Below, in pieces: positions 1-10,603 of a stretch of 64,000 nt of DNA. The position numbers and the translations under genes are program-made. Source of the DNA: an uncultured Acidaminococcus sp. Its GTDB lineage: Bacteria; Bacillota; Negativicutes; Acidaminococcales; Acidaminococcaceae. Below the pieces are notes generated by a model. It saw nothing but the letters and a program-made list of their open reading frames with translations. It was not told the origin of the DNA and made no database searches. How positions within the stretch are numbered: the first letter of the stretch is position 1; each line of letters begins with the position of its first letter. The stretch lies in assembly GCA_905213155.1 (NCBI GenBank), contig CAJMHI010000001.1, forward strand, positions 11,111 through 75,110. The letters are read 5' to 3'.

Positions 1-2
1 AG

Positions 3-449
3 TTCTATGCAGCGTATTTTTCTATCCGGGCACCTAAATTCGACTATACCCTGGTACACAAGGGCGAAGACTTTATGAAGCGGTATATCAAAAACGTGAA
101 CGCCCAGGGCAACAAGGCCAAGGTGAACGACAAGGATGCCGCTACTTATATGGAACTGTGCGTGGAAATGATAGAGCGGGGCTATCAGTTCGAGAATATC
201 GACCTGTATAAGTCCGACGCCTCGAAATTCCTCGTCACGGACAAGGGCCTTTTGCCGCCCTTGGGAGCCATCAGCGGTATTGGGGGCGTAGCCGCCGAGA
301 GCATTGTGGAAGCCCGCAAAAAAGGGCCCTTTATTTCCCAGGAGGATCTGCGCAACCGGGCTAAAATCTCTACTACCAACTGTGAGATTCTGGAATCCTT
401 AGGGATTCTAAAAGATCTGCCCAAAAGCGATCAAATTGAGCTATTTTAG
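3..449 (+). CDS. polC: DNA polymerase III alpha subunit PolC, C-terminal end (5' truncated by window)
   Basis: Open from nt 3 (FYAAYFSIRA...); contains EMIERGYQF, IDLYKSDASKF, GPFISQEDLRNR and ends LPKSDQIELF, typical of the PolC C-terminus. Confidence 0.95.
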   Translation, partial: FYAAYFSIRAPKFDYTLVHKGEDFMKRYIKNVNAQGNKAKVNDKDAATYMELCVEMIERGYQFENIDLYKSDASKFLVTDKGLLPPLGAISGIGGVAAESIVEARKKGPFISQEDLRNRAKISTTNCEILESLGILKDLPKSDQIELF

Positions 450-456
450 TACCCTA

Positions 457-494
457 GAGGTAAAGTACCGGGAATCCCGGACTTTGCCTCTTTT
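457..494 (+). terminator. Intrinsic terminator after polC
   Basis: GAGGTAAAGT-ACCGGGAATCCCGG-ACTTTGCCTC hairpin followed by TTTT. Confidence 0.7.
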
Positions 495-651
495 CTTATG
501 CAGGAAATTGCAACGGTTTATAAAAATGTCATAGAAAAGTCACCGCAAAATTATCTCCCGTTTAAGAAAATAGTAGTATACTTGTTGGTATGAAATTGAC
601 CGGTCAGTCCGGTCCTTTTTGCAATTTTATATTTTGAAAGAAGGCATTGCA

Positions 652-1686
652 ATGAAAAAAGGTAAGGTATTGGCAATCACGCTGGCTGCACTGTCCGCAG
701 CTTCCGTCGCTGCTGCGGCTCCCCAAACCCAGTGGACCCAGGGCGAATGGCAAATGGACTTGGGCGCTTGGGATCCTAAATCCAAGATTTCTGATTTTGA
801 ATCCGATACCAAATGGAATTTTGCAGGCGGCTTGGGCTATGCCCTCAGCGACAAATGGGCGCTGCGCTATGATTATCATGGGCTAAAGACCAAAGAAGGG
901 GACTACAAGACCTACGGGGATGAACACGAAGTCAACCTGGCCTACAGCCTGGGGAAGAACTGGGCCGTATTTGCCGGCTGGAACCGCATCAATAACGATT
1001 TCGACGGGCATAAAGCCTACAACGTAAATAACAATGTAGCACAAATTGGCCTGGCTACCAACTATGAACTGGCCAAGAACCTGCACTTCTATGCCGAAGG
1101 CGCTCTGGGTACTAAGAAAACTTCCCTATGGGAAGCTGGCCTGGCGTATACCATCGCCAAGGATTGGGATATCAATGCCGGGTATCGCTATGTAGATACC
1201 AAGTATGATGACGACAACAACATCAAATACCGTGGCTTCCTGGTAGGCCTGTCCTATCGTTTTGGCGGCCATCATGCAGCTGCTCCGGCTCCTGTGGTAG
1301 AAGAACCGGCTCCTGTAGTGGAAGAAGCCGCTCCGGCCCATGTGTACAATGATTATTATCTGGATACCATTCATTTTGGCTATGACCAGGATCAGCCGCT
1401 GCCCAGCGAAGCAAGCAAACTGGCCAACTTCGTAGAAGTCGCCAAGGATCATCCGGATTCTACCTTCAAATTGGTGGGCAACACCGACAGCGACGGCACC
1501 AACGCCTACAACGATGACCTGAGCAAACGCCGGGTGGATAACGTAGCCAAATACGCTGAAAATAACGGCGTAGATGCTTCCAAGATGAACCTGGAATACA
1601 AAGGCAAGCGCGATCCTGTGGCCGATAACTCCACGGAACAAGGCAAAGCCGATAACCGGAGAGTGGATATCTGGGAACACAAATAA
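652..1686 (+). CDS. OmpA-family outer membrane protein (beta-barrel + Pro/Ala linker + peptidoglycan-binding domain)
   Basis: Signal peptide MKKGKVLAITLAALSAA; amphipathic strands ending GLSYRF; PAPVVEE linker; OmpA-C motifs GNTDSDG, YNDDLSKRR, NRRVDI. Confidence 0.9.
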   Translation: MKKGKVLAITLAALSAASVAAAAPQTQWTQGEWQMDLGAWDPKSKISDFESDTKWNFAGGLGYALSDKWALRYDYHGLKTKEGDYKTYGDEHEVNLAYSLGKNWAVFAGWNRINNDFDGHKAYNVNNNVAQIGLATNYELAKNLHFYAEGALGTKKTSLWEAGLAYTIAKDWDINAGYRYVDTKYDDDNNIKYRGFLVGLSYRFGGHHAAAPAPVVEEPAPVVEEAAPAHVYNDYYLDTIHFGYDQDQPLPSEASKLANFVEVAKDHPDSTFKLVGNTDSDGTNAYNDDLSKRRVDNVAKYAENNGVDASKMNLEYKGKRDPVADNSTEQGKADNRRVDIWEHK

Positions 1687-1739
1687 TTCCCGGATAGTGT
1701 GCAGCAACTACGCTGTGATAAAACTTTATAGTAACAGTG

Positions 1740-1775
1740 TGCCGGCAGGGATTTTTCCTGCCGGTGCTTTTTTTA
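1740..1775 (+). terminator. Intrinsic terminator after ompA-like gene
   Basis: GCCGGCAGG/CCTGCCGGT stem followed by a long T run. Confidence 0.8.
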
Positions 1776-1786
1776 TTATCTCAGCC

Positions 1787-1815
1787 TTGCCCGTGCTGGT
1801 ACGCTATGGTATGAT
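1787..1815 (+). promoter_or_regulatory. Putative sigma-A promoter of the autotransporter
   Basis: TTGCCC-17 nt-TATGAT with TG extension. Confidence 0.5.
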
Positions 1816-1880
1816 ACAATTAGAAAAATCTTAATTGGGGAGAGCTAACTACGATCACATAGAGAGGACGGGAAAACTAC

Positions 1881-4800
1881 ATGGGGACAAAACGGAAACT
1901 GGAAAGAACGCAAATGCACGCCATGGGTAAGAAGGTGCTGCCCTGGACCACGCTGGCCTTAATGGCACTGCTTACTTCTTATACAGCACCAGCTGCCGCA
2001 GCAGGCATTACGACACAGGCAGAAGCGACTTCTGTTTTAAATAATCCGCTGGATTCAGGGGATTTTACATATACTGAAGGTGTTATTACACAACATGGTG
2101 GCTCTGTAATAAGTAATGTGGAGGCCGGTGAGCCAATTGGCATTGGGGGAGCTGAGAATAGTACGCTATCGCTATCTTTGAATCTTCCCGAACGTAATAC
2201 TTATACGAATACACATAACTTAGCCGCATATCAATCCGAAGGCCCAATTCTCATAGGAGCCCTGGACACCTTAAAATTGTCCCTTTAAGGATATCCAGGC
2301 TATTCTCTATTAACTACCTCCAATGTTTTGGCCTCCAAAGGTACTATTACAATTGATAAATCTGTGAAGAAACTAGAGGTATCCAACAATATACAGCGCA
2401 CTGCTGCGTATCCAGCTGAAAGCAATGGTACCATGTTAGCGGGTGGAAATGGTGTAATCCGTGTTTTTAGCCCGGATGTCAGCATTACCACCTACGGACG
2501 CGGTCAAGCAGTCTCTGCAATAACAAGTGCAGCTAATGAATTTTCCCAAATTAGTTTAGGGTCTGAAGACCAGTTCCTGAACAGCGTTACAATTACTAAT
2601 ACTAATACTAACCAAGCAGACAGATACGGTATTACTGCTAATGCCAGTACCAATGATTCTACCGCTAGTGTGGATATTTTTACAAAAAAGTTGGATATCT
2701 CCAATATGGATTCTGCCATTAGAACGAATGGGTCTTATTCTGAACCCTTTGCTAACGCCGTAGTGACAGTAGGGACAGTCGCCCATCCTGTTGATACTGT
2801 AACCATCACAAACAGTGCTAAGGGTGTACAAGCGACTTACAATGGAAGCATTGCCCTGTCCGGGGAAAAGATAAACATCGAGGCAAGCGCCGCTGGTTTG
2901 GAGGCCTTTGGATATGGTATGAGCCGTGATGAGCAAGGCCATTATAATGGCGGAGGCAACGTCACTGTAAATGCCGGGGAAGAGGAAGGCGAAGGCCTGT
3001 TTATAACAGGTACTGGACAGCATAATACCTATGGAATACTTGCTTGGGCCGGTGATGACACTAATGTTGCGATAACTAGTGGGAATGTCAATATTTCAAA
3101 TTTCAATTATGGTATGCTTACCAGTATGGGAGGGACGATAGACCTTAAAGGTAAAAAGGTTACGGCAGACAAGGTGTCAGTAGGCATAGAAAGTCTTTCA
3201 AAAGGTAAAATCACATTGGATTTAGGAGAAGAAGAGGGGAACGGTCTGTTATTGAAAGGCCCTGCAAATGGCAATTTGGCAACGTATGGAATCATGGCAC
3301 AAGGCTCAGATACATCCGTCTCCGTTCATGGAGGAAAAACAATCAATGTACAAGATTTCAATTCTGCTTTACGTGCTGTGAGTAATGGGGTTGTAGAACT
3401 TGGAAGTAAAGAGGCGCCTGTTGGAGATATAGCGTTGTCAAATGGTCAGTACGGGCTGTATAATCAAAGTGGCGTTATTAGCATAAACGCAGATTCTTTC
3501 ACAATCCCTGATGGATCTTTTACATTGCCGGTTCGCGCCGGAAGCCATTATACCAATCTTGAGACCAACTTAAAAATACCTAGCGAAACGACCATACACA
3601 CAGCGAAGAAAGCTTATATTGGAGCAGCAAATTCTACGACAGGTAATGTTGTGGAAAACACAGGAAGTATATTATCTGTTAATATGAATGCTTCTGACGG
3701 TGCTACTGTACTAAAGGGTAATCTTTTGACCAGAGGCTCTACTTCCACTACGGCAATTAGCCTTCATACAGATGATTCTGTCCTGGATGGGGCTGTATAT
3801 GACCGTAGTGGTGGAAAGACTACGCTGGAAGTCCGTGATGGTGGCACCTGGAATGCCAGAGAATATCTGAATGATGCTGTAGATGATAAAGATGACGGAT
3901 GGTCAACCAGTGGGTATCCCAATGATTATGCCACTAATGGCTGGACTAGTAACTTTGATACTCTGGATCTCTCCACTGGCGGGACGGTGAATTTAGGCTC
4001 TGCTTCAGACCGGTACCACTATGTCCGTGTAGCAAACATGACGGGAAATGGCGGGCTGCTTAAATTTAATACTGACCTTGGGGCCAGCAATGAAGATAAA
4101 AATGTCATGGGTCACAGTGATATTCTGGACATTACCACTAGTAGTGCTGGGAATCATGAAATCATGGTAAATGACCATAGTAAGACACTAAAACAAGCGG
4201 TGGGTAATGGTTACGTGCTCCTGGTACATGATACCAGTGCAAATCCTTCTGGGAGCTTTACTGGTTATGCCCAGCTGCAAAATGGCGGAGTATTTACCAA
4301 AGTTGCCAAGATTACTGATGAAGATCCTGCTGAGGGAACTTATCAAAATGTACCTGCCTCTGGCAAAAATTGGTACCTGACGTTGGTGGAACCCCAGCCT
4401 GAACCTGAGCCAGAGCCTCAACCAGAGCCCAATCCAGAACCGGAGCCAGAACCACAGCCTGAACCAAATCCAGAACCGCAACCAGAACCAGAGCCGATTC
4501 CTCATCCCCATATGACGGAAAATGGGGAAAATAATATTTACCTGAACTGCAGCCGGTATGCAGCCCTGTGGCTGGATCAGGATACGCTGAGAAAACGGCT
4601 GGGAGAATTACGCAATAGTGAGCAGGACGACGGCCTGTGGGTACGTCTGCGCCGGGGCGAATACAGAATTAAAGGCTTGGAGGGTCTCTCCGACTTTACC
4701 ATGTACCAAATCGGCTACGACAGGGAACTGAAACGGCAGGGCAAAACCCGCCGCTTTGTGGGTGCGGCCTACCACCATACGGATGTGGACTTCGGTCATC

Positions 4801-5414
4801 CTCGCATGGGAGAAGATTCCGGCATGGATATGGACGTAGCCAGCGTGTATTACACCACGCTGTGGGATAAGGGCCATTATCTGGATCTGGTCGGTAAATG
4901 GGGCAGTGCCAATGGCAAGATGAAAGCCTTTGGCGATTATCCGGAAAATGCCCGCTGGAGCGGCAATGTCTACGCTCTCAGTGTGGAATACGGACGCAAA
5001 GCACAATGGGATAACGGCTGGTATGCTGAACCCCAGGCCCAGCTCACCTACAGCCATTTAAGCGGCGACAGCTATACCTCCAGCCAGGGAACCCATGGCT
5101 ATCTGGAAGGCATCAATAGTTTGCTGTTCCGTACCGGCGTTACTCTGGGACGAAAACTGAACAAGACCGAATACTATGGGAAACTCTTCTGGAACCACGA
5201 ATTTTCCGGGGATACCCGTGCGTACTTTGCTGATAAAAATGGAGATACCCTGCGGGACGACTACGACTTTGGCAGCAGCTGGCTGACCGTAGGCCTGGGT
5301 GCCCAGACCGCTATCGGTAAGGGAGCCTATCTCTATGGCGATGTGGAAAAGAACTTCGGCGGCGCCGTACGGAGCAAATGGATCTGGAATATCGGGGTGC
5401 GGTGCTCGTTCTAA
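1881..5414 (+). pseudogene. Autotransporter (type Va) adhesin-like gene interrupted by one in-frame TAA at 2286-2288
   Basis: ORFs 1881-2288 (signal peptide) and 2328-5414 share a frame and read continuously (LKLSL*GYPGYSLLTTSNVLASKG). Beta-helix-like passenger, PE linker, and C-terminal barrel (LRKRLGELR, YQIGYD, EPQAQLTY, terminal F). Confidence 0.85.
4389..4496 (+). repeat. Coding tandem repeat, (E/Q/N)P linker
   Basis: Encodes EPQPEPEPEPQPEPNPEPEPEPQPEPNPEPQPEPEP with 6-nt periodicity. Confidence 0.95.
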
Positions 5415-5457
5415 AACGCTTCTAACAAACTAACACAGAAAAAGGGGAGTTAATCAT

Positions 5458-6273
5458 ATGGTGCAAGAAATCGCGGCGGTGTCCTTCAGCCCTACTGGGC
5501 AAACGGCAAAGGTGGTGGAAACCCTGGCAGAAAAGCTGGGGCAGCTTCTGCAGGTGCCGGTGCGTAAGGATCACTTTACCCTGCCAGGAGAGCAAAAAAT
5601 TATGCGGGTGTACGGAGAGGATACCTTGGTGGTTTTTGGTACTCCTACCTATGCGGGGCGGGTCCCTAATAAGGCCCTGCCCTTTGTGCAGCAATTATTC
5701 GGAGGAAAGAAAACCCCGGCTCTCGCAGTAGTGACCTTCGGAAACCGGGCGTATGACAGTGCACTGACGGAATTGCGTAACGAGCTGGAACATAATGGCT
5801 TTACCGTAATCGGCGCCGGGGCCTTTGCCACACCGCACGCCTTTGCCAATATCGGGAAAGAACATCCCTCGGCAGCGGATCGGGCTCTCTTAGATTTTTT
5901 TGCAGAGCGGATGGCCGAAAGGCTGCAAGAGGGAAAACCGCTGCAAACGGTAAAAATCCGGGACGATGCCCCGGTGGCGCCTTACTACATCCCCAAAGGA
6001 ATGGACGGGCAACCGGCCAAATTTTTAAAGGCCAAGCCCCAAACGGACCTGGCCAAATGTACCCACTGCGGAACCTGCGCCCGGGTGTGCCCCATGGGCT
6101 CCATCAATCCGGACAATACGGACGAAGTGCCCGGCATCTGTATCAAATGCCAGGCGTGCGTTACCTATTGCCCTACCGGGGCTAAATATTTTGACGATCC
6201 CCGGTTTTTGTCCCACAAGGAATACCTGGAGACACATTTTCAGCGTTCCGCGTTTTCCAACGTCTTTATTTGA
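5458..6273 (+). CDS. EFR1-type flavodoxin/2[4Fe-4S] ferredoxin fusion
   Basis: FSPTGQT, PTYAGRVP, FGNRAYD; CTHCGTCARVCP and CIKCQACVTYCP. Confidence 0.9.
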   Translation: MVQEIAAVSFSPTGQTAKVVETLAEKLGQLLQVPVRKDHFTLPGEQKIMRVYGEDTLVVFGTPTYAGRVPNKALPFVQQLFGGKKTPALAVVTFGNRAYDSALTELRNELEHNGFTVIGAGAFATPHAFANIGKEHPSAADRALLDFFAERMAERLQEGKPLQTVKIRDDAPVAPYYIPKGMDGQPAKFLKAKPQTDLAKCTHCGTCARVCPMGSINPDNTDEVPGICIKCQACVTYCPTGAKYFDDPRFLSHKEYLETHFQRSAFSNVFI

Positions 6274-6278
6274 AAAGT

Positions 6279-7196
6279 TTATGTTTGCGTAGATTTAAGG
6301 ATGCCCGTGCCGTCAAAGGCCGGAATAAACTGGCTGTCGGCGGAGGCACCCTCCTGCACAAACCCGTCTTCAATGGAGGTGGAGAAGAGATACTTCTCCA
6401 CCTCTTCGTATTCTGCATTGGTCAGTGTCCGGTTCAGATCGGGATACTGGGAGTCGGACACGCTGCCGCAGGGTACGTACTGCCGCATCAGGCTAAAGAG
6501 TACATCCCCCGGGCGAAAGGTTTGTGTCACCCAGTCAATGATACGTTTACTGTCCTCAATAAGGCCGGGGAGAATCAGGTGGCGGATGATGATGCCTTTT
6601 TTTAAAAGACCTGTTGCATCATCCATTTCATAGGGTCCGGTCTGTCGAAACATTTCTAAAATAGCCTTTGTGGCGGTCTCAAAATAGTTAGGCGCATGGC
6701 TGTAGCGACGGGCCGGGGACTCACTGTAATATTTTAAGTCCGGCAGATAAATCTGGACTTTGCCTTTCAAGCGTTTCAACGTGGCAATAGTCTCGTACCC
6801 GCCGCAGTTGTACACTACAGGCACCGGCAGGGCAGGGGTTAAGGATTCTAAAATCGTAGGAAGATACTGGGTAGGTGTGACCAGATTGATGTTGTGAGCG
6901 CCTTGCTGGATGAGATTATGGTAAATCTGCCGCAGTGCTTCGGCTGTAACTTCCCAGCCCTTTCCTTCTGTGCTGATGACGCTATTCTGGCAGAATACGC
7001 ATTGCAGCGTGCAGCCGGAAAAAAACACGGTGCCGCTGCCCTTAGTGCCGCTGATCACCGGTTCTTCCCAGAAATGCAGCGCAGCCCGGGCTGCCCGGGG
7101 CATGGTATAACAACGGCAAAATCCCAGCGTGCCGGGGGCTCCCGGACGCAGGGGACGATTCACATTGCAAGTATGGGGACAGAGATTGCACAGCAT
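6279..7196 (-). CDS. Radical SAM protein, PflX-like
   Basis: CNLCPHTC, LHFWEEPVISG, CTLQCVFCQN (CxxxCxxC), IYLPDLKY, RHLILPG. Confidence 0.9.
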   Translation of the reverse strand: MLCNLCPHTCNVNRPLRPGAPGTLGFCRCYTMPRAARAALHFWEEPVISGTKGSGTVFFSGCTLQCVFCQNSVISTEGKGWEVTAEALRQIYHNLIQQGAHNINLVTPTQYLPTILESLTPALPVPVVYNCGGYETIATLKRLKGKVQIYLPDLKYYSESPARRYSHAPNYFETATKAILEMFRQTGPYEMDDATGLLKKGIIIRHLILPGLIEDSKRIIDWVTQTFRPGDVLFSLMRQYVPCGSVSDSQYPDLNRTLTNAEYEEVEKYLFSTSIEDGFVQEGASADSQFIPAFDGTGILKSTQT

Positions 7197-7226
7197 GGGA
7201 TAGCCTTCTTTCTTTACAATGCTACC

Positions 7227-7277
7227 ATTATACCATGGGGCCTTTACATTGACAAAAGCCCTGTAAAACTCTATAAT
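7227..7277. promoter_or_regulatory. Back-to-back sigma-A promoters for greA-lysS (+) and the radical SAM gene (-)
   Basis: + TTGACA(7249)-17-TATAAT(7272); - TTGTCA(7255)-17-TATAAT(7232). Confidence 0.75.
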
Positions 7278-7331
7278 TTACAAGATATGGAAAAATCACT
7301 TACAAGGAAAAGATAAAGGAGTCGTGAAACA

Positions 7332-7820
7332 ATGGCGGAACAAACGATTGTGACCCAGGAAGGTCTGAAGAAACTGGAAGACGAGCTGGAATATCTTCGC
7401 AGTGAGAAACGGCAGCAGGTTGCCGAGCGGCTGAAAGTCGCCATCAGCTATGGGGATATCAGCGAAAACTCCGAATATGACGATGCAAAAAATGAACAGG
7501 CCTTTGTGGAAGGGCGTATCCTGACGCTGGAAAATATGATCCGCAATGCCAAAGTCATTGAGGCTTCTGAAGTAGATAAAGACGTTGTAGCCTTAGGCAA
7601 CAACGTAAAAATCGAAGATGTGGAAACCAAGGAAACAGAAGAATATACCATTGTGGGAACCACGGAAGCCGACCCTATGGCAGAACCGCCCCGGATCAGC
7701 AACGAATCCCCGGTAGGACAGGCAATTTTGGGCCACAAGGTGGGGGACGTGATCAAAGTCCGCACTCCGGTAGGGGAATTGGATTACAAAGTAGTCGCTA
7801 TTGACCACCCCAAGAAATAA
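7332..7820 (+). CDS. greA: Transcription elongation factor GreA
   Basis: GDISENSEYDDAKNEQ, ISNESPVG. Confidence 0.97.
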   Translation: MAEQTIVTQEGLKKLEDELEYLRSEKRQQVAERLKVAISYGDISENSEYDDAKNEQAFVEGRILTLENMIRNAKVIEASEVDKDVVALGNNVKIEDVETKETEEYTIVGTTEADPMAEPPRISNESPVGQAILGHKVGDVIKVRTPVGELDYKVVAIDHPKK

Positions 7821-7842
7821 GAAGCTAGAGGAGAGAAGTCTC

Positions 7843-9801
7843 ATGTCCGAAATAACTACCAGCCAGGACGCAGAAAATCAGGTTCTGGCGGACGAAACTA
7901 TGAATGAACAAATGCAGGTGCGCCTGGACAAGATGCACAAGCTGGAAGCGCTGGGCATCCAGCCCTTTGGCCATGCGTATCCCTGGACCCATCATACCAA
8001 AGATGTTCGGGATAACGTGGAGCAGATGGAGCAGGACGGCACCGTTGTGAAAGTCGCAGGCCGTCTCACGGCTATCCGGGGGCACGGCAAGACCAGCTTT
8101 ATGGATCTCCAGGATAAAACCGGGAAAATCCAGGTGTACTGCCGCAAGGATGAAATGGGCGAAGAAGCCTATGCCGTGGTAAAACTTTTGGATATTGGCG
8201 ATGTTGTAGGCGTAGAAGGCGCTGTATTTAAAACCCATATGGGCGAACCCTCCATCCGGGTGCAGAAGCTGGACTTTTTGTCCAAGGCGTTAAAACCTCT
8301 GCCGGAGAAATGGCATGGGCTGAAAGACAAGGAAATCCGGTATCGCCAGCGCTATGTGGATCTGATTGTGAATCCGGAAGTACGGGATACCTTTGTCAAG
8401 CGCTCCGAGATCATTAAGACTGTGCGTGCGGTGCTGGATGGGGAAGATTACCTGGAAGTGGAAACGCCGGTGCTAAACACCATTTCCGGAGGCGCTACGG
8501 CCCGTCCTTTCGTGACCCACCACAATGCTTTGGATATTGATTTGTATCTGCGCATTGCTACGGAACTGAATTTAAAGCGTCTGATTGTAGGCGGTCTGGA
8601 ACGGGTGTATGAACTGGGCCGGGTCTTCCGTAACGAAGGCATGGATATTAAGCACAACCCGGAATTTACGTCCCTGGAATGCTATGAGGCGTTTGGGGAT
8701 ATGAACACCATGATGGATCTGACGGAAAAGATAGTTACCGCCTGTGCCCAAAAGGTGCTGGGAACGCTGAAAATCCGCTATGAGGATACGGAGATTGATC
8801 TGACCGGTCCGTGGCCCCGGATGAGCATGATTGACGCTGTAAAAAAATACAGCGGCAAAGATTTCACCGGCATCAGCGACGTGGCAAAAGCCCGGGAAAT
8901 GGCAAAAGAAGCGGGCGTTACCGTGGAAGCCTCCTGGGGCGTGGGCAAGATTATCAATGCGTTCTTTGATGAATTTGTAGAAAAGAACCTGATTCAGCCC
9001 ATCTTTATTACCGGGCATCCCAAGGAAATCTCCCCGCTGGCTAAGAGCAGCGCAGCGGATCCGGAGATCACAGACCGTTTTGAAGGCTATATCTTTGGCC
9101 GGGAAATCTGCAACGGGTTTACCGAGCTGAATGATCCGCTGGACCAAAAAGAACGGTTTGAAAAACAGGTGGAAGAACGGAAAGCCGGGGATGAAGAAGC
9201 CGGCATGATGGACGAAGACTTTATCAATGCCCTGATGCATGGCCTGCCGCCCACGGGCGGCTTGGGGATCGGTATTGACCGGCTGGTGATGTTCCTTACC
9301 GGAGCAGAATCTATCCGGGACGTCTTGCTGTTCCCCACCATGAAACCGCTGGATCTGGCCAAAGAAGAGACCACAGAACCGGAAGCTGTGAAAGTGGATC
9401 CTAACGCTCCTTTTGCCAATGCAGTGGATCTTAGCAAGGTAACGGTGGAACCGCTGTTCCAGGATTTTGTAGACTTTGATTCCTTTGCGGCCTGCGATTT
9501 CCGTGTGGTAAAGGTGAAAGACTGCGTGGCCGTACCCAAGAGCAAAAAGCTGCTTCAATTCACTTTGGACGATGGCACGGGTACGGACCGGACCATCCTT
9601 AGTGGCATCAAGGCCTACTACAATCCGGAAGACCTGATCGGTAAAACGCTGGTAGCCATTGTAAACTTGCCGCCCCGGAAGATGATGGGGCTGGAAAGCT
9701 GCGGCATGCTGCTGTCTGCCGAACATATGGAAGGGGACGAACGCAAGCTGAACCTGGTGATGGTTGCCTCCGGGCTGCCTGCCGGTGCAAAGCTGTGCTA
9801 A
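7843..9801 (+). CDS. lysS: Lysyl-tRNA synthetase (class II) with C-terminal tRNA-binding OB-fold extension
   Basis: RYRQRYVDLI, GGATARPF, FRNEG, HNPEFT, GLGIGIDRL; extension SKKLLQF...RTILSGI...NLPPRKMMG.ES.GMLL. Confidence 0.97.
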   Translation: MSEITTSQDAENQVLADETMNEQMQVRLDKMHKLEALGIQPFGHAYPWTHHTKDVRDNVEQMEQDGTVVKVAGRLTAIRGHGKTSFMDLQDKTGKIQVYCRKDEMGEEAYAVVKLLDIGDVVGVEGAVFKTHMGEPSIRVQKLDFLSKALKPLPEKWHGLKDKEIRYRQRYVDLIVNPEVRDTFVKRSEIIKTVRAVLDGEDYLEVETPVLNTISGGATARPFVTHHNALDIDLYLRIATELNLKRLIVGGLERVYELGRVFRNEGMDIKHNPEFTSLECYEAFGDMNTMMDLTEKIVTACAQKVLGTLKIRYEDTEIDLTGPWPRMSMIDAVKKYSGKDFTGISDVAKAREMAKEAGVTVEASWGVGKIINAFFDEFVEKNLIQPIFITGHPKEISPLAKSSAADPEITDRFEGYIFGREICNGFTELNDPLDQKERFEKQVEERKAGDEEAGMMDEDFINALMHGLPPTGGLGIGIDRLVMFLTGAESIRDVLLFPTMKPLDLAKEETTEPEAVKVDPNAPFANAVDLSKVTVEPLFQDFVDFDSFAACDFRVVKVKDCVAVPKSKKLLQFTLDDGTGTDRTILSGIKAYYNPEDLIGKTLVAIVNLPPRKMMGLESCGMLLSAEHMEGDERKLNLVMVASGLPAGAKLC

Positions 9802-9874
9802 CAAAATTATTTTAGAAAGAGGGATTTCTTTAGAGAAGTCCCTTCTTCTGTATCGGGGAAAGGAGTGGATTCGT

Positions 9875-10603
9875 TTGACCAGACCTTTGATTGGTATTTC
9901 TGGAAATCATTTGGTGGATGAAGGTGGCCCTTTTGCCGGTTACCACCGTGCCTATGTGAATCACGATTATGTGCGTTCGATTACGGAAGCGGGCGGAGTG
10001 CCTATGGTTATTCCCTTTAATGAGGATGCAGAAGCGGTGAAAGAGTGCGTCGCCCGCATTGATGCCCTGCTGATGACCGGCGGGCATGATATTTGCCCCC
10101 TCAATTACGGCGAAGAACCTCATCAGAAGATTGGCCCCGTTTGGCCGGAGCGGGATGCCTTTGACCTGCTTTTAATCAAAGAAGCAGAAAAGCGCCGGAT
10201 CCCTATTATGGGCATTTGCCGGGGCCTCCAGATTTTAAATGTGGCCCATGGCGGCACGCTGTATCAGGATTTATCCCTGGACAAAAACTGCTATATCAAG
10301 CACGCCCAAAAACAGGATCCTGCCACTGCTACCCATTCCATCCTCATTGAAGAGGGCAGCCGCCTGGCAAAAATTATTGGGCAGTGCCAGTGGGTCACCA
10401 ATTCCCACCATCATCAAACGGTCCATAAAGTGGGAGAAGGCTTCAAAGTCACGGCACGGGCCAAAGATGGAACCGTGGAATCCTTGGAAGGGACAAACTA
10501 TCCCTATCTCATGGCGTACCAATTCCACCCGGAAATGATGTCCGCTAAGTATGCGCTGGCAAAGAAAATCTTTGTTGATTTTATTGTCGCCGCAGGAAAA
10601 TAG
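9875..10603 (+). CDS. Peptidase C26 / gamma-glutamyl-gamma-aminobutyrate hydrolase family
   Basis: TTG start after AAGGAG; GICRGLQ, NSHHHQ, QFHPE. Confidence 0.9.
   Translation: MTRPLIGISGNHLVDEGGPFAGYHRAYVNHDYVRSITEAGGVPMVIPFNEDAEAVKECVARIDALLMTGGHDICPLNYGEEPHQKIGPVWPERDAFDLLLIKEAEKRRIPIMGICRGLQILNVAHGGTLYQDLSLDKNCYIKHAQKQDPATATHSILIEEGSRLAKIIGQCQWVTNSHHHQTVHKVGEGFKVTARAKDGTVESLEGTNYPYLMAYQFHPEMMSAKYALAKKIFVDFIVAAGK

Noticed and set aside
2286..2330. Programmed frameshift or Sec/Pyl recoding in the autotransporter
   Set aside because: Both parts are in the same frame and the stop is TAA, not TGA or TAG; no slippery tract nearby.
8572..9804. Long antisense ORFs (also 36104-37000, 50826-51779, 60743-61708)
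   Set aside because: Shadow frames opposite conserved genes with no recognisable motifs.
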